DNA of 64,000 bases from an uncultured Clostridiaceae bacterium (GTDB lineage Bacteria; Bacillota; Clostridia; Peptostreptococcales; Natronincolaceae): positions 8,459-72,458 of the forward strand of contig CAYMGQ010000001.1 of NCBI GenBank assembly GCA_964390055.1. The letters run 5' to 3'. Below the pieces are notes generated by a model. It made no database searches. It was not told the DNA's origin and worked only from the letters and a program-made list of their open reading frames with translations. A program made the position numbers and the translations under genes. Positions 28,910 through 41,263 of the stretch are shown here, one piece after another (position 1 is the stretch's first letter; every line of letters begins with the position of its first letter).

Positions 28910-29830
28910 TTATTTCTTTGTTAAATATTTTGTTAATCTATCGCTAAAGGATTTTGCCGAATGGTAGCCCATGTTTTTCAACCTATAATTTTTGGCAGCA
29001 ACCTCTGCTATAACCGCTATATTTCTAGCTGGTTTTACGGGTATTACAACCTCGGCCACCTTAATGCCCAATATTTCCCTGTATCTTTCATCTAGACCTA
29101 GCCTATCATAGGGCTCATTTATATCCCATTCTTCCAGTCTAATAACTAGGTTTATATTTGTCCTAAACTTTATAGCACCAACTCCATATAGTGTTTTAAT
29201 ATCCATGATACCTATTCCCCTAACCTCCAGCATATACCTAGTTATATCTGGGGCATATCCCGTTAGATATTCCTGACCTATCCTTTTTACTTCAACGGCA
29301 TCATCTGCCACCAATAAATGGCCCTTATTGATTAGTTCAATGGCAGCTTCACTTTTACCAATACCACTTTTGCCAGTTATTAGGGTCCCAATCCCATGTA
29401 TATCCATTAATACTCCATGGATTCTGGTAGTTGGGGCCAGGCAGTCTTCCAAATAGTTGGTTAATATATTTAAAAGTTTTGTTGTGTTTAAACTACTCCT
29501 AAAAACATTTTTCTGATGTTTCTCAGCAGCCTTTAGGAGTTCAATTGGTGCCTCCAATTGCCTACTAATAATAATGCAGGGAATATCATAGGAAAAAAAA
29601 TTCTCGAAAATTTCTTCCCTTCTCTCCTTGGTCAGGGTATTTAAAAACTGTTTTTCAATTTTACCTACTAGTTGTATTCTACTGTAGGGAAAACCATCAA
29701 AAAATCCGCTAAACTGGATGCCAGGTCTGTTAATTTCCGTAGTTTTTATCCTTGCCCCCTGGCTTTTTATATTGTTTAATTTCTCCAATCCTAAGTCTTT
29801 CCTTAATTTCTCTGCTGTAATAAACTTCAT
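28910..29830 (-). CDS. hprK: HPr kinase/phosphorylase
   Basis: P-loop GKSGIGKSE and an HprK C-terminal domain. I prefer the start at the second ATG (29830) because GGGGGA lies 8 nt upstream of it. The ORF-track start is 29839. Confidence 0.9.
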   Translation of the reverse strand: MKFITAEKLRKDLGLEKLNNIKSQGARIKTTEINRPGIQFSGFFDGFPYSRIQLVGKIEKQFLNTLTKERREEIFENFFSYDIPCIIISRQLEAPIELLKAAEKHQKNVFRSSLNTTKLLNILTNYLEDCLAPTTRIHGVLMDIHGIGTLITGKSGIGKSEAAIELINKGHLLVADDAVEVKRIGQEYLTGYAPDITRYMLEVRGIGIMDIKTLYGVGAIKFRTNINLVIRLEEWDINEPYDRLGLDERYREILGIKVAEVVIPVKPARNIAVIAEVAAKNYRLKNMGYHSAKSFSDRLTKYLTKK

Positions 29831-29909
29831 AAGCAACATCCCCCAATTAAAAATTTATATGCCTCTTTATTATTAATATTTTATGGGAGGAAAGCTCTTC
29901 CTCCCATGA

Positions 29910-31781
29910 TTATTTTTTATTTTGAAAATAGGAAAAAATATTTTCTGCAAGCTTTTTATTTAGGCCCTCCACCTTCATTAATTCTTCAGGGGTGGCTTCT
30001 TTTATCTTGTTAATGCCTTTGAAATGTTTTAATAGGGCCCTTCTTCTTTTTGGTCCCACTCCTGGTATTTCCTCTAAGATAGAGGTTAAATTTTTTGCCC
30101 TTCTTAAACTTCTGTGGTAGTTAATAGCAAACCTATGGGCCTCATCTTGCACTTTACCAATAAAGGCAAAAATTCCGGCCCTCTCCTTTATATTTATTTC
30201 TACCCCACCATATATTAGGCCCCTTGTCCTATGCCTATCATCCTTAACCATACCACATACAGGTATGGATACTTCAAGCTCCCTCAAGATCTCTTCTGCC
30301 CTATTTACCTGGCCCAGTCCCCCATCTACCATAATTAAGTCAGGAAAAACCGAAAATTTACCCTCCTTGATGGATGACTTACCCTCTATGAGATCTCTGG
30401 TTTCTGCTAATCCTCTTTTGAATCTCCTTGAGATAACCTCCCCCATACTAGCATAGTCATCTATCCCTCCTATAGTCCTAATTTTAAACCTCCTGTAGTC
30501 CCTGTAGCTGGGTAGCCCGTCTTGGAATACTACCATAGATCCCACAGATTCTACTCCCTGTATGTTTGATATATCAAAGGCCTCAATACGACCAGGTGGA
30601 GATGGTAAGTCTAGGAGTTCTTGAAATTCCCCCATAAGCCTATTTGTTTTTTCCTCTTTTCTCCTATTAATTTCCCGCCTTTGCTCTATCATTAGGACAG
30701 CATTTTTTTTCACCATATTCATTAGGTGTTTTTTTTCCCCTATTTTAGGAGACCTTATATATACCCTATTTCCCCTCTTCTTAGATAGCCAACTTTCCAT
30801 AAGGTCCATATCCATCAATTCCTCTTCAACTAAAATCTCCTTGGGTATAAAGGTCATGTTATTGTAAAATTGTTTTACGAAGGAAGTTAGGATTTCTCCT
30901 ATACTAACATCCTCCTCCACAGCAAGAAAATACTGCTGTCTTTGTATAAGTTTTCCCCCCCTAATATGAAAAACCTGAACACAAGATTCACCTACATCCT
31001 GGGCGGCTGCCATAATATCCTGATCTATATCCTCATTGACTACTACTTTTTGCTTTTCCACCATACTGTTTAATGCCTTCAGTTGGTCCCTACACCGGGC
31101 GGCTTTCTCAAAGTTCAGCCTTTGTGAGGCCTCCTCCATTTCCCTTTCAATCTTTTTAATCAATTCATCCTCCTTGCCTTGTAAAAACAATAGGATTTCC
31201 TGGATGATTTCCATATATTCCTCCCTCTTTATATTTCCAGTGCAAGGGCCAAGACACTTGCCTATATGGAAATTTAAACAGGGCCTTTCACCCTTTTCAA
31301 TGGAGTTAGCAATGTTTCTTTTGCAAGTTCTTATAGGAAATAACTCCCTAATTAATTGCAGGGTCTCATTTAGGGCAGAAACATTGGTATAGGGGCCAAA
31401 ATATTTACTCCCATCCCTCCTAAATTCCCTAGTCTTAATTACCCTAGGATAATCCTCCCCCAAGGTTATCTTGATATAGGGATAGGTCTTATCATCTCTT
31501 AGGAGGATATTATATTTTGGCCTGTTTTCCTTAATCAAATTGCACTCTAAAATCAAGGCCTCCAATTCGTTATCTGTGACAATATATTCGAAGGTAGCTA
31601 TGTTCCTAACCATTGCTTGTACCTTAGTTGCCTGGTTTTTTAAAGACTGAAAGTATTGCCTTACCCTATTTTTTAGGGAAATGGCCTTTCCTATATAAAT
31701 TATTTCTCCTTTTTTATCCTTAAATAAATAAACCCCAGGCTTATTAGGTACTAGACTCAATTTTTCCTTTATGTCTAACAT
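29910..31781 (-). CDS. uvrC: Excinuclease ABC subunit C
   Basis: 623 aa with an N-terminal GIY-YIG domain (GVYLFKDKKGEIIYIGKA), a UVR domain and a C-terminal (HhH)2. Confidence 0.95.
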   Translation of the reverse strand: MLDIKEKLSLVPNKPGVYLFKDKKGEIIYIGKAISLKNRVRQYFQSLKNQATKVQAMVRNIATFEYIVTDNELEALILECNLIKENRPKYNILLRDDKTYPYIKITLGEDYPRVIKTREFRRDGSKYFGPYTNVSALNETLQLIRELFPIRTCKRNIANSIEKGERPCLNFHIGKCLGPCTGNIKREEYMEIIQEILLFLQGKEDELIKKIEREMEEASQRLNFEKAARCRDQLKALNSMVEKQKVVVNEDIDQDIMAAAQDVGESCVQVFHIRGGKLIQRQQYFLAVEEDVSIGEILTSFVKQFYNNMTFIPKEILVEEELMDMDLMESWLSKKRGNRVYIRSPKIGEKKHLMNMVKKNAVLMIEQRREINRRKEEKTNRLMGEFQELLDLPSPPGRIEAFDISNIQGVESVGSMVVFQDGLPSYRDYRRFKIRTIGGIDDYASMGEVISRRFKRGLAETRDLIEGKSSIKEGKFSVFPDLIMVDGGLGQVNRAEEILRELEVSIPVCGMVKDDRHRTRGLIYGGVEINIKERAGIFAFIGKVQDEAHRFAINYHRSLRRAKNLTSILEEIPGVGPKRRRALLKHFKGINKIKEATPEELMKVEGLNKKLAENIFSYFQNKK

Positions 31782-31821
31782 AAGAAACCTCCTAACATAC
31801 TCCTATATAACTATTTGAAGT

Positions 31822-34659
31822 TTAATTATTATTTAATACTCTCTTTAAAAATATCCCAGTGTATGATTCTTCAACTCCTACAATTTCTTCCGGAGTCCCC
31901 TCTGCTACAATTCTTCCTCCCCCATTGCCTCCCTCGGGCCCCAAGTCAATAATATAATCGGCAGTTTTTATTACATCTAAATTATGCTCAATAACTACCA
32001 CCGAATTTCCAAGTTCCACCAGCCTGTTTAGTACATTAATAAGTTTGTGGATATCAGCCACATGTAAGCCTGTTGTGGGTTCATCCAACATATAGAGGGT
32101 TTTGCCAGTACTGCGTTTGCTTAGTTCTGAAGCTAATTTAATTCTTTGGGCCTCCCCTCCAGATAATTGGGTTGAGGGTTGGCCGAGCCTGATATAGCCC
32201 AAACCGACATCAAATAGTGTCTGTAGCCTGTTTTTAATCCTTGGAATATTCTTGAAAAATTCCAGGGCCTCCTCTACATTCATAGCTAATATATCTGCGA
32301 TGGTTTTGTCCCTATATTTAACCTCTAGTGTCTCCCTATTATATCGCCTTCCCTTACATACTTCGCAGGGGACATAAACATCAGGTAGAAAGTGCATTTC
32401 TATCTTTATTATCCCATCTCCCCTGCAGGCCTCACACCGTCCGCCCTTGACATTAAAGCTAAACCTACCCTTTTTATAGCCCCGCATTTTAGCATGATTT
32501 GTCTCAGCAAAAACATCCCTTATGTGGTCAAATACTCCGGTGTAGGTAGCTGGATTTGATCTGGGAGTCCTCCCAATTGGTGATTGGTCAATTTCAATAA
32601 CCTTATCTATATGTTCAAGGCCTTGGATATCATCATGGGCACCTGGCCTACTTTTAGACCTGTAAAGTTCTTGGGCTATTCTCTTATACAATATTTCATT
32701 TACTAGGGTGCTTTTTCCTGAACCGGAAACTCCAGTTACACAGGTGAAAACTCCTAGGGGAATCTTGACATTTATATCCTTGAGATTATTTTCCCTGGCC
32801 CCCTTTACTATCAGCCAATTACCATTAGATTGTCTCCTCTCCATTGGGATAGCAATTTTTTTCCTGCCACTTAAATATTGGCCAGTAATGGAGTCCTGGC
32901 TTTCTTTTATATTTTCTATTTGCCCCTGGGCTACCACATAGCCACCATGAGCACCAGCGCCTGGTCCCATGTCAATTATATGGTCTGCCCTTAAAATAGT
33001 ATCCTCATCATGTTCGACTACAAGGACCGTATTTCCAAGGTCCGTGAGACTTCTCAAAGTCTTGAGCAATCTATCATTATCCCTTTGGTGGAGGCCAATA
33101 CTTGGCTCGTCTAGAATATATAAGACCCCTACCAAACTAGAACCTATTTGGGTTGCCAATCGTATTCTTTGGGCCTCACCCCCCGATAAGCTGCCGGCAT
33201 TTCTAGATAATGTTAGGTATCCCAGGCCTACATCTTCAAGGAAGGCTAATCTTTCCCTGATTTCCTTTAATATTTGCCTACTAATAAAGGCCTGCCGCTG
33301 GTCCAGTTGGAGTTTCTCCATAAACTCCCTGGATTCCTTAATAGACATTCGTGTAATCTCATCTATATTTTTACCTCCAAGGGTTACAGCAAGGGCTACG
33401 GGTTTTAATCTAGCCCCCTTACAGCTAGCACAGGCCATTTCCCTCATATACTCCTCTATCCTTTGCCTCATGCGATTGGATCCTGTCTCCCTGTACCTTC
33501 TTTCTAGGTTAGGAATCACCCCTTCAAAATTGGTTGAATATTTACGGTAACCCCCATATCTTGATTGGAAATTAAAATCAATCTTTGTTCCCCTTTCACC
33601 ATAGAGAAGTTCTTGGATAAATTCCTCAGACAAGTCCTTTATTGGGGTATCCATGTCTGTAGCAAATTTCTTGGCCAGACTTTCCATCATCCTAAAGTAA
33701 TAGGTGTCTTCATTACTACTATTGCCCCGATGCCAGGGCTCAATCCCCCCCTGCCGTAGGGTTAGGTTTTTATTGGACATTACCAAATCTGGATCCACTA
33801 CCTTCATATAGCCTATGCCATTACATTCAGCACATGCCCCAAAGGGACTGTTAAAGGAAAACATCCTAGGTGCTAATTCCTCAATTCCTATCCCATGATG
33901 GGGGCAGGCAAATTTAGTAGAAAAAATATGGTCCTCCCCGTCAATTTCATCTACCAGGACTAAGCCCTCAGTTAATTTTAAGACCGTTTCAATGGAGTCT
34001 GCCAATCTCTGGGCAGAATCCTCCCTGATAATTATACGGTCCACTATTACATCTATATTATGTTTTTTATTTTTTTCTAATTTAATATCTTCATAAATTT
34101 CTCTCATTTCCCCGTTAATTCTTAACCTTACGAAACCCTGCCTTTTAATATCCTCCAGAAGTCTTTGATGGCCACCCTTTTGGCCCCTGATAATAGGTGC
34201 TATTATTTGCAATCTTTTTCCTTCTCCTAGGGCCATTATCCTATCAACTATTTCCTCTACGGTCATTTGGCTTATTTCAATCCCACAAACTGGACAATGG
34301 GGTATGCCAATTCTTGCAAATAACAATCTTAAATAATCATAAACCTCTGTAACTGTTCCCACGGTAGACCTAGGATTCCTACTGGTTGTCTTTTGGTCAA
34401 TGGATATGGCAGGCGAAAGCCCCCCAATGTATTCCACATCAGGCTTGTCCATTTGACCCAAAAACTGCCTAGCATAGGCAGATAAACTCTCAATATATCT
34501 CCTCTGTCCCTCAGCATATATAGTATCAAAAGCCAGGGAGGATTTCCCTGACCCTGACAAACCCGTTAAAACTATTAATTTATCTCTTGGAATATCTATA
34601 TTAATATCCTTCAGATTATGCTCCCTTGCTCCTCTTATAACTATTTTGTCCTTTGCCAC
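31822..34659 (-). CDS. uvrA: Excinuclease ABC subunit A
   Basis: 945 aa with two ABC ATPase modules ([18 protein letters not shown]) and zinc-finger Cys motifs. Confidence 0.95.
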   Translation of the reverse strand: MAKDKIVIRGAREHNLKDINIDIPRDKLIVLTGLSGSGKSSLAFDTIYAEGQRRYIESLSAYARQFLGQMDKPDVEYIGGLSPAISIDQKTTSRNPRSTVGTVTEVYDYLRLLFARIGIPHCPVCGIEISQMTVEEIVDRIMALGEGKRLQIIAPIIRGQKGGHQRLLEDIKRQGFVRLRINGEMREIYEDIKLEKNKKHNIDVIVDRIIIREDSAQRLADSIETVLKLTEGLVLVDEIDGEDHIFSTKFACPHHGIGIEELAPRMFSFNSPFGACAECNGIGYMKVVDPDLVMSNKNLTLRQGGIEPWHRGNSSNEDTYYFRMMESLAKKFATDMDTPIKDLSEEFIQELLYGERGTKIDFNFQSRYGGYRKYSTNFEGVIPNLERRYRETGSNRMRQRIEEYMREMACASCKGARLKPVALAVTLGGKNIDEITRMSIKESREFMEKLQLDQRQAFISRQILKEIRERLAFLEDVGLGYLTLSRNAGSLSGGEAQRIRLATQIGSSLVGVLYILDEPSIGLHQRDNDRLLKTLRSLTDLGNTVLVVEHDEDTILRADHIIDMGPGAGAHGGYVVAQGQIENIKESQDSITGQYLSGRKKIAIPMERRQSNGNWLIVKGARENNLKDINVKIPLGVFTCVTGVSGSGKSTLVNEILYKRIAQELYRSKSRPGAHDDIQGLEHIDKVIEIDQSPIGRTPRSNPATYTGVFDHIRDVFAETNHAKMRGYKKGRFSFNVKGGRCEACRGDGIIKIEMHFLPDVYVPCEVCKGRRYNRETLEVKYRDKTIADILAMNVEEALEFFKNIPRIKNRLQTLFDVGLGYIRLGQPSTQLSGGEAQRIKLASELSKRSTGKTLYMLDEPTTGLHVADIHKLINVLNRLVELGNSVVVIEHNLDVIKTADYIIDLGPEGGNGGGRIVAEGTPEEIVGVEESYTGIFLKRVLNNN

Positions 34660-34678
34660 AATTACACCCCGCTTTTAT

Positions 34679-36658
34679 TCATTCTTCTTGCCTTAAGGAT
34701 TGGATGGCATCCCTTAATTGGGCTGCCTTTTCAAATTCTAAAGCTTCCGCCGCCTTGTGCATTTCCATCTCTAATTCCTTGATTTTAATTCTTAATTCTT
34801 CTCCACTATATTTTTTTACCTCCTGATAATCCCCTATATACGGCTCTTCTTCCTCTGCCACCTTTGTGGCCTCTATAACATCATGAATCTCTTTTTGTAT
34901 GGACTTGGGTATAATATTATGGTCCTTGTTATATTGGGCCTGGAGTTTTCTCCTTCTCTGGGTTTCCCCAATGGCTCTTTCCATGGACCTGGTTATTTTA
35001 TCAGCATACATTATTACCTGACCACTGACATTTCTTGCAGCCCTACCAATAGTTTGTATTAGTGAAGTTTCGGATCTTAAAAAGCCTTCCTTGTCTGCAT
35101 CCAGAATTGTAACCAGACTAACCTCAGGCAGGTCCAGACCCTCCCTTAAAAGGTTAATTCCCACTAGTACATCGAACTCACCCAGTCTCAAATCCCTTAT
35201 AATCTCCATTCTTTCTATAGTCTTTACATCCGAATGCAAATAACGGACCCGTATATTAAGCTCCATTAAATAGTTGGTTAAATCTTCGGCCATCCTTTTT
35301 GTAAGGGTTGTAATTAAAATTCTCTCATTATTTTCAACTCTTTTATGGATTTCCCCAATTAAATCGTCAATTTGCCCCCTTACCGGCCTAACCTCAACGG
35401 CTGGGTCCAGGAGTCCAGTAGGCCTTATTATTTGCTCTACTATCTGGGAGCTTTTCTCCAATTCATAAGGGCCAGGTGTGGCACTTACATATAGTATTTG
35501 CTTAACCAACTGCTCGAATTCCGGAAAATTTAGGGGCCTATTATCATAGGCCGAAGGTAGTCTAAAACCATGATTTACTAGGGATTCTTTTCTAGACCTA
35601 TCCCCTCCGTACATCCCTCTTATTTGAGGAATAGTAACATGAGATTCATCTACAATAATTAAAAAATCATCAGGAAAAAAGTCTATCAGGGTATAGGGTC
35701 GACTACCTTCCTCCCTGCCAGTTAGGTGTCTTGAATAATTTTCAATTCCTTGGCAAAACCCAATCTCCCTCAACATTTCAATATCATACATTGTCCTTTG
35801 TTGTATTCTTTGGGCCTCTAAAAGTTTGTCCCTTTCTTCAAAATATTTAACCCTTTCTTCCAACTCAAGCTCTATATCTCTAATTGCCCTCTCCACCTTA
35901 TCATCACTAGTTGCATAATGAGAGGCAGGGAAAATGGATATATGATTTCTTAACCCAATTACTTCCCCAGTTAGGGCACTAATTTCAAGAATCCTATCAA
36001 TTTCATCCCCAAAAAATTCAACCCTTACAGCATTTTCCGAGGAGGAGGCTGGAAATATCTCCACTATATCCCCTCTAACCCTAAAGGTCCCCCTAGTAAA
36101 ATTAATATCGTTTCTTTCATACTGAATATCTACCAATTCCCTAAGGACTTGGTCTCTGTCCTTGTTCATGCCAAGCCTTAGGGCTACTACTAAGTTTTTA
36201 TATTCCTCTGGATCTCCCAGTCCATAAATGCAAGATACACTGGCTACTATGATTACATCCCTTCTCTCAAATAGGGCAGAAGTAGCAGAGTGTCTTAATT
36301 TATCAATTTCATCATTTACAGAGGCATCCTTTTCAATATAGGTATCACTATGAGCTACATAGGCCTCTGGCTGATAGTAATCGTAATAACTGACAAAATA
36401 CTCTACAGCATTGTCTGGAAAGAACTCCTTAAACTCGCTACATAATTGCCCGGCCAATGTTTTATTATGGGCTATTACTAGGGTTGGCTTTTGTACCTTT
36501 TCAATTATATTTGCCATAGTAAAGGTTTTGCCTGAGCCAGTAACTCCCAGGAGGGTTTGATGCCTTAGTCCCTCCTCTATTCCATTACTAAGTTCCCTTA
36601 TAGCATGGGGTTGGTCCCCAGTGGGTTTAAATTGTGAATGTATTTTAAAGCTTTCCAT
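34679..36658 (-). CDS. uvrB: Excinuclease ABC subunit B
   Basis: 659 aa with helicase motifs ([12 protein letters not shown]) and a C-terminal UVR domain (FEKAAQLRD). Confidence 0.95.
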   Translation of the reverse strand: MESFKIHSQFKPTGDQPHAIRELSNGIEEGLRHQTLLGVTGSGKTFTMANIIEKVQKPTLVIAHNKTLAGQLCSEFKEFFPDNAVEYFVSYYDYYQPEAYVAHSDTYIEKDASVNDEIDKLRHSATSALFERRDVIIVASVSCIYGLGDPEEYKNLVVALRLGMNKDRDQVLRELVDIQYERNDINFTRGTFRVRGDIVEIFPASSSENAVRVEFFGDEIDRILEISALTGEVIGLRNHISIFPASHYATSDDKVERAIRDIELELEERVKYFEERDKLLEAQRIQQRTMYDIEMLREIGFCQGIENYSRHLTGREEGSRPYTLIDFFPDDFLIIVDESHVTIPQIRGMYGGDRSRKESLVNHGFRLPSAYDNRPLNFPEFEQLVKQILYVSATPGPYELEKSSQIVEQIIRPTGLLDPAVEVRPVRGQIDDLIGEIHKRVENNERILITTLTKRMAEDLTNYLMELNIRVRYLHSDVKTIERMEIIRDLRLGEFDVLVGINLLREGLDLPEVSLVTILDADKEGFLRSETSLIQTIGRAARNVSGQVIMYADKITRSMERAIGETQRRRKLQAQYNKDHNIIPKSIQKEIHDVIEATKVAEEEEPYIGDYQEVKKYSGEELRIKIKELEMEMHKAAEALEFEKAAQLRDAIQSLRQEE

Positions 36659-36779
36659 ATTAAAATCCTTTCATCTAATCTTATTTATCCTGACAAATCC
36701 GATTTTATTTTCTTGGGAACAACTGTTCGGTTTCTTATATTATATTATTCTATCTTTTCTATGTCAATCTTTACCCTAG

Positions 36780-36810
36780 GAAGAAGAAAATCCCCAAAAA
36801 TAGGGGATTT
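36780..36810 (-). terminator. Probable terminator after the ctp gene
   Basis: AAATCCCC-n7-GGGGATTT, an 8-bp stem followed by UUUCUUCUUCC on the minus strand. Confidence 0.45.
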
Positions 36811-36833
36811 ATCTGTTTTTAACAAGGTCATTA

Positions 36834-38045
36834 TTACTCTACAAGGAGTATCTCTATTGCCTTATCTAATTGTATATCTTGGTCTCTTTCTATATCAGAT
36901 TCATTCCTTATCTCTTCGGGTAACTCTATAACAATATGGGGTTCAATTCCCCTACCATGAATATTGTTGCCATTAGGTGTGAAATATTGAGAAATTGTGT
37001 ATTTAAAACCTGTTCCATCATTCAAGGGCTTTAATTGCTGTACTAGACCCTTACCAAAGGTTGTGGTCCCTACAATTTTGCCCCTATTCCCATCCTTTAT
37101 TGCCCCGGCTAATATCTCCGAAGCACTGGCACTTCCCTTATTCACCAAAACTACCAGGGGCAAATCTATTTGTTTCTTATCAGACTTTTCTATTTCCCTT
37201 TCCCCATGTCGATTTTCTGTATATACTATTACCTGCTCACCCAAGACCATATCCGCAATTTTTATACACTGGTCCATTAGGCCACCTGGATTATTTCTTA
37301 AATCAATAATTAGTCCCCCTACATTTTCTGCCTGCAACTTTTTAACATGGTCTTTAAAGTCCTTGGCTGTTTTCTCATCAAACATTGAAATTCTAACATA
37401 GCCTATATTATTTTCCAGTACTTCTGACCTAACTGTCTCCAATCTAATTTCTTCCCGCACCAGGGTAATGTCGATGGCATCTCCTAATCCTTCCCTCCAT
37501 ATTGATAATACAACATCAGTTCCGGGGTCCCCCTTCATAATATCAGCAGCATAATCTAACTTATCCCCTGATACAGCTTCCCCATCAACGGCCAGTATTC
37601 TATCACCTGTTAGAATCCCAGCACGTTCCCCTGGCGTATTTTCAATGGGAGACACTACTGTGACCAGGCCATCGTCCCCGGGGGTAATTATCACGCCAAT
37701 CCCACCGTAACTACCTTGATTACGCACCATTAGTTCAGTGAATTCTTCCTCAAACATATAGGAGGTATAGGGATCCCCAACACCTTGGAACATTCCCTTT
37801 ATAGCAAACTCTACCAATTCTTCTTGGTCTAGTTCTTGATAATAGTTTTCTGTTAGATATTCACTTAAGGTTAGTAGTTTTCCATATTTGTCCCCCAAAT
37901 CCTCATAATATTCATAAGTTTCTTTAGGAATTAATACTTTTTGCCCTAGAGGTAATGAAAGCAAGTTACCAAGGGTCATATTTGCAATACTAGTCAAAAT
38001 AATAAGGAAAATTGCTCCGAAAAAAGCCTTTCTTTTACTAATCAT
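36834..38045 (-). CDS. S41-family carboxy-terminal processing protease (CtpA/CtpB-like)
   Basis: 403 aa with an N-terminal TM helix, a PDZ segment, and the catalytic GSASASE...K region. Confidence 0.9.
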   Translation of the reverse strand: MISKRKAFFGAIFLIILTSIANMTLGNLLSLPLGQKVLIPKETYEYYEDLGDKYGKLLTLSEYLTENYYQELDQEELVEFAIKGMFQGVGDPYTSYMFEEEFTELMVRNQGSYGGIGVIITPGDDGLVTVVSPIENTPGERAGILTGDRILAVDGEAVSGDKLDYAADIMKGDPGTDVVLSIWREGLGDAIDITLVREEIRLETVRSEVLENNIGYVRISMFDEKTAKDFKDHVKKLQAENVGGLIIDLRNNPGGLMDQCIKIADMVLGEQVIVYTENRHGEREIEKSDKKQIDLPLVVLVNKGSASASEILAGAIKDGNRGKIVGTTTFGKGLVQQLKPLNDGTGFKYTISQYFTPNGNNIHGRGIEPHIVIELPEEIRNESDIERDQDIQLDKAIEILLVE

Positions 38046-38201
38046 GTTTTTCTCCCCTCATGTATTTCTAAGCCCTTTATTCTACTATTTTATTAATTAC
38101 ATCCTATCATTATACATCAGTCAATAAAAGTTTTCAAAAACATATAGGCAAAGGACTTCCCTTGCCTATTGTTTATTAGTAAAGCATTAAATTATAAGTA
38201 A

Positions 38202-39335
38202 TTACCTTCCTCTTACATAGGGGATTGGGTCCACATATTTTGCATCTTTTCTAACTTCAAAGTGGAGGTGGGGTCCCGTGGACATTCCCGTACTACCTGC
38301 TAGAGATACCCTTTGTCCTCCTGATACATGGTCTCCCACTGATACTAATAACTTAGAATTATGGGCATAGAGGGTTACAATGCCCCCTCCATGGTCTATA
38401 ATTACAGTCCTACCATAGCTACCTAGGGTTCCAGCGGTAATAACCTTCCCCTGACCTGCTGCAACAATTGGAGTCCCCGTAGGTGCCGGTATATCTATTC
38501 CTGAATGGAATCTTTTTGTCTTTAGAATTGGATGTATCCTATTGCCAAAGGGAGATGATATTCTGGAATAACCAGGTACCGGCCACCTTAGTTGGCCCCC
38601 CACATATTGTCCACCAGACTGTAATTTCCTTAGTTCACCTTCTAGTGCCCGGGCCTCTTTCTCAAGTTGGTCTAGCATTTGAGCTAGTTGTACCTTGTCC
38701 CTTTCTAAGTCCTTCCTTAGACGCTCCTGCTGGCCCCTGGAAACACTTAGTTGGTTTTTCTTGTCCTCAACGTTTTTCCTTAGGTTTACTAGTTTATTTC
38801 TTTCATTTTCTAATTGTGCCTTTTTATCCTCTATAAGAGCTTTTTGCTCCTCCAAATATTTTAATAAATCCACATCATGATTTACAATCCGTTTTACCAT
38901 ATCTAGATTTGTCAAAAATTCGGAAAAATCCTTAGAATTTAATAGTACTTCTGCATAGCCGACACTACCATTCTTGTACATAACCCTAATTCTCTGCCCA
39001 AGCATATCTTGTTTATTATCGATATTTTCCTCTGCTATCTCTAATTCTTCGCTGGCATCAACAATTTTTTTCTGTGTACTGTTTATATCCCTTTGGAGGG
39101 CCAGTATGTCCTTCTCGGCCTTATCAATCTGTGCCTCTAATTCCTGGATTTGCACAGTGAGACTTTTTTGCTGCCTATCCTTTTGCTTTAGTTGGTTATT
39201 TAGTTTGTTTTGCTCTGAAGTAACCTTGTCCAATTTTTTGTTTAAATCCCCAGCCTCATTTGCAAATACCGTAAGGGTAGATATAATCATCACCAATATA
39301 ATAATTAAAGCAATACCTTTCTTTTCCCTTGACAC
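38202..39335 (-). CDS. M23-family murein DD-endopeptidase/activator with a long coiled coil (EnvC-like)
   Basis: 377 aa with a signal/TM segment, about 200 aa of heptad-rich coiled coil, and a C-terminal HSGIDI...HLHFEV LytM motif. Confidence 0.85.
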   Translation of the reverse strand: MSREKKGIALIIILVMIISTLTVFANEAGDLNKKLDKVTSEQNKLNNQLKQKDRQQKSLTVQIQELEAQIDKAEKDILALQRDINSTQKKIVDASEELEIAEENIDNKQDMLGQRIRVMYKNGSVGYAEVLLNSKDFSEFLTNLDMVKRIVNHDVDLLKYLEEQKALIEDKKAQLENERNKLVNLRKNVEDKKNQLSVSRGQQERLRKDLERDKVQLAQMLDQLEKEARALEGELRKLQSGGQYVGGQLRWPVPGYSRISSPFGNRIHPILKTKRFHSGIDIPAPTGTPIVAAGQGKVITAGTLGSYGRTVIIDHGGGIVTLYAHNSKLLVSVGDHVSGGQRVSLAGSTGMSTGPHLHFEVRKDAKYVDPIPYVRGR

Positions 39336-39353
39336 AGCCTGTCCCCCCTATAT

Positions 39354-40250
39354 TTATACTTTTAAATGCTTCCTCAAGGATACAATGCTACCCAGGGCTC
39401 CCACTCCTGCCCCTAGAACCATAAAGACGGGTATGGTCCTACTCATCATATCATCCACAGATACTACATAAGAACTTACCATCATATATAATCTTGTGTT
39501 TATCACATTAAAGGCGTATTGATAGCCATAGTATACAAAACCCAGAGCTATACCGGCCCCAATAAGGCCCAAAATCATGCCTTCTATAAAGAAGGGCCAT
39601 CGGATAAACCAGTTAGTAGCTCCCACATATTTCATAATATTGATTTCCTGCTTTCTTGCTCCCAGGGTTATTTTTATTGTATTGGCAATAATAAACATAG
39701 CTACAAATATCAAAATTATAATCAAAGCAGTCCCGATAGTTCTCACAAAAGCAGCTATTTTTAATAAATTATCTATTAGTTCCTTATGGTACTTGACTTC
39801 CTCAATTCCCTTAACATTTCTTAAATTCTCTACTATGGTGTCCCCCATTTCTATATTATCCATATGAATAATATAAGAATTAGGTAGGGTGTTTTCCTCT
39901 AGGACCTCTAGTAGGTATCCCTGATCGCCCCATTGGATTTTCATTTTATTTAGGGCCTCTTCCTTGGATTCATAATCTACATATTGAACTCCCGGCAGGT
40001 CAGCAATTTTTCTACCCAAATCAGATATTTCCTCAATATTTAAATCCTCTTCCAAATATACCTGTATAGTATCAAATTGCATCTGTGCAATCTGGGAGAG
40101 ATTATTTATATTAAATACCAATGTTATAATTACCCCCAAGACAACCAGGGATGCTGCCACAGAGCTAATGGATGCAAGACTCATCCCTCTATTACGCCAA
40201 ACCCCGACAAGGCCTTGCTTGAACATATAATGTATTGTCCTAATTTTCAT
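39354..40250 (-). CDS. ftsX: Cell division ABC transporter permease-like protein FtsX
   Basis: Four-TM FtsX topology with a large first extracellular loop. I prefer the start at ATG 40248..40250 (GGGGGG 9 nt upstream), which overlaps the ftsE stop. The ORF-track start at 40304 lies inside ftsE. Confidence 0.85.
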   Translation of the reverse strand: MKIRTIHYMFKQGLVGVWRNRGMSLASISSVAASLVVLGVIITLVFNINNLSQIAQMQFDTIQVYLEEDLNIEEISDLGRKIADLPGVQYVDYESKEEALNKMKIQWGDQGYLLEVLEENTLPNSYIIHMDNIEMGDTIVENLRNVKGIEEVKYHKELIDNLLKIAAFVRTIGTALIIILIFVAMFIIANTIKITLGARKQEINIMKYVGATNWFIRWPFFIEGMILGLIGAGIALGFVYYGYQYAFNVINTRLYMMVSSYVVSVDDMMSRTIPVFMVLGAGVGALGSIVSLRKHLKV

Positions 40251-40926
40251 ATCCATATGCCCCCCTATGCTCATCCCGCACCACCCTACCCCTTTCCAGG
40301 GCAACCACTCGGCGTTGCATTATATCTACAATATCCTTAGCATGGGTAGCCATTACAACTGTTGTACCCCTTCTATTAATATGCTGCAATACCCTCATGA
40401 TTTCCCAAGCAGTTTCCGGGTCTAAATTCCCCGTAGGTTCATCTGCTATCAAGATTGAAGGGTTATTTACAATAGCACGGGCAATTGATACTCTTTGTCT
40501 CTCCCCACCAGAAAGCTCATCTGGATATTGCTTTGCCTTATCACTTAATCCTACCATGCCCAAAACCATAGGCACCTGTCTGCGAATTTCTCTGGGTGAG
40601 GCCTCGATAACCTCCATAGCAAAGGCAATATTTTCATAAACAGTCTTCCTGGGCAATAGCCTAAAGTCCTGGAAAACCACACTTATATTTCTCCTAAGAT
40701 AGGGTATCCTCCTACGGGATAATTGGGTAATATCCTGATTGTTTACTATAATATTTCCCCCTGTTGGTTCTTCCTCTTTAAGTAATAGTTTGATAAAAGT
40801 GGATTTGCCAGCTCCACTAGGGCCAACTAGGAATACAAATTCTCCCTTATTTATGCCTAAATTTACATTAGTTAATGCAGATATATTTTTATTATATACT
40901 TTGCTTACATTTCTAAATTCTATCAA
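40240..40926 (-). CDS. ftsE: Cell division ATP-binding protein FtsE
   Basis: 228 aa with GPSGAGKST, LSGGERQR and IADEPTGNLD. Confidence 0.9.
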   Translation of the reverse strand: MIEFRNVSKVYNKNISALTNVNLGINKGEFVFLVGPSGAGKSTFIKLLLKEEEPTGGNIIVNNQDITQLSRRRIPYLRRNISVVFQDFRLLPRKTVYENIAFAMEVIEASPREIRRQVPMVLGMVGLSDKAKQYPDELSGGERQRVSIARAIVNNPSILIADEPTGNLDPETAWEIMRVLQHINRRGTTVVMATHAKDIVDIMQRRVVALERGRVVRDEHRGAYGYEN

Positions 40927-41263
40927 AAAACATCAGCTCCATTATTACTTTATATTAGTTCGACATAAATACTTCAACTCCTCTTATATTCAACAGAAAA
41001 ACCTAGTAAATATTCCCTATTCAAAAGGTGGTTTTTCTATATCTATAAAGAATATATGGAGTCATACTCCTTTTATTATAACAGGATTGTAGAAGAAATT
41101 ACAATTGAATTGATTTCCAATCCTATGTTACAATATTGTTACAAAATACCCTGGATTTTTCCCTGCAATTTGGGTAAAATTCTATTATCTAATGAAAAAT
41201 TCCAATTGTATAGGACCTATTTATATTGACTTACATAATCAGGAAATAATAAGGAGGATATTC

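Noticed and set aside
40251-40304. An upstream extension of FtsX that overlaps ftsE by 65 nt.
   Set aside because: The extension (MPWKGVGWCGMSIGGHMD) is read from inside ftsE in another frame. ATG 40250, with a properly spaced G-rich RBS, gives the usual short ftsE/ftsX overlap.
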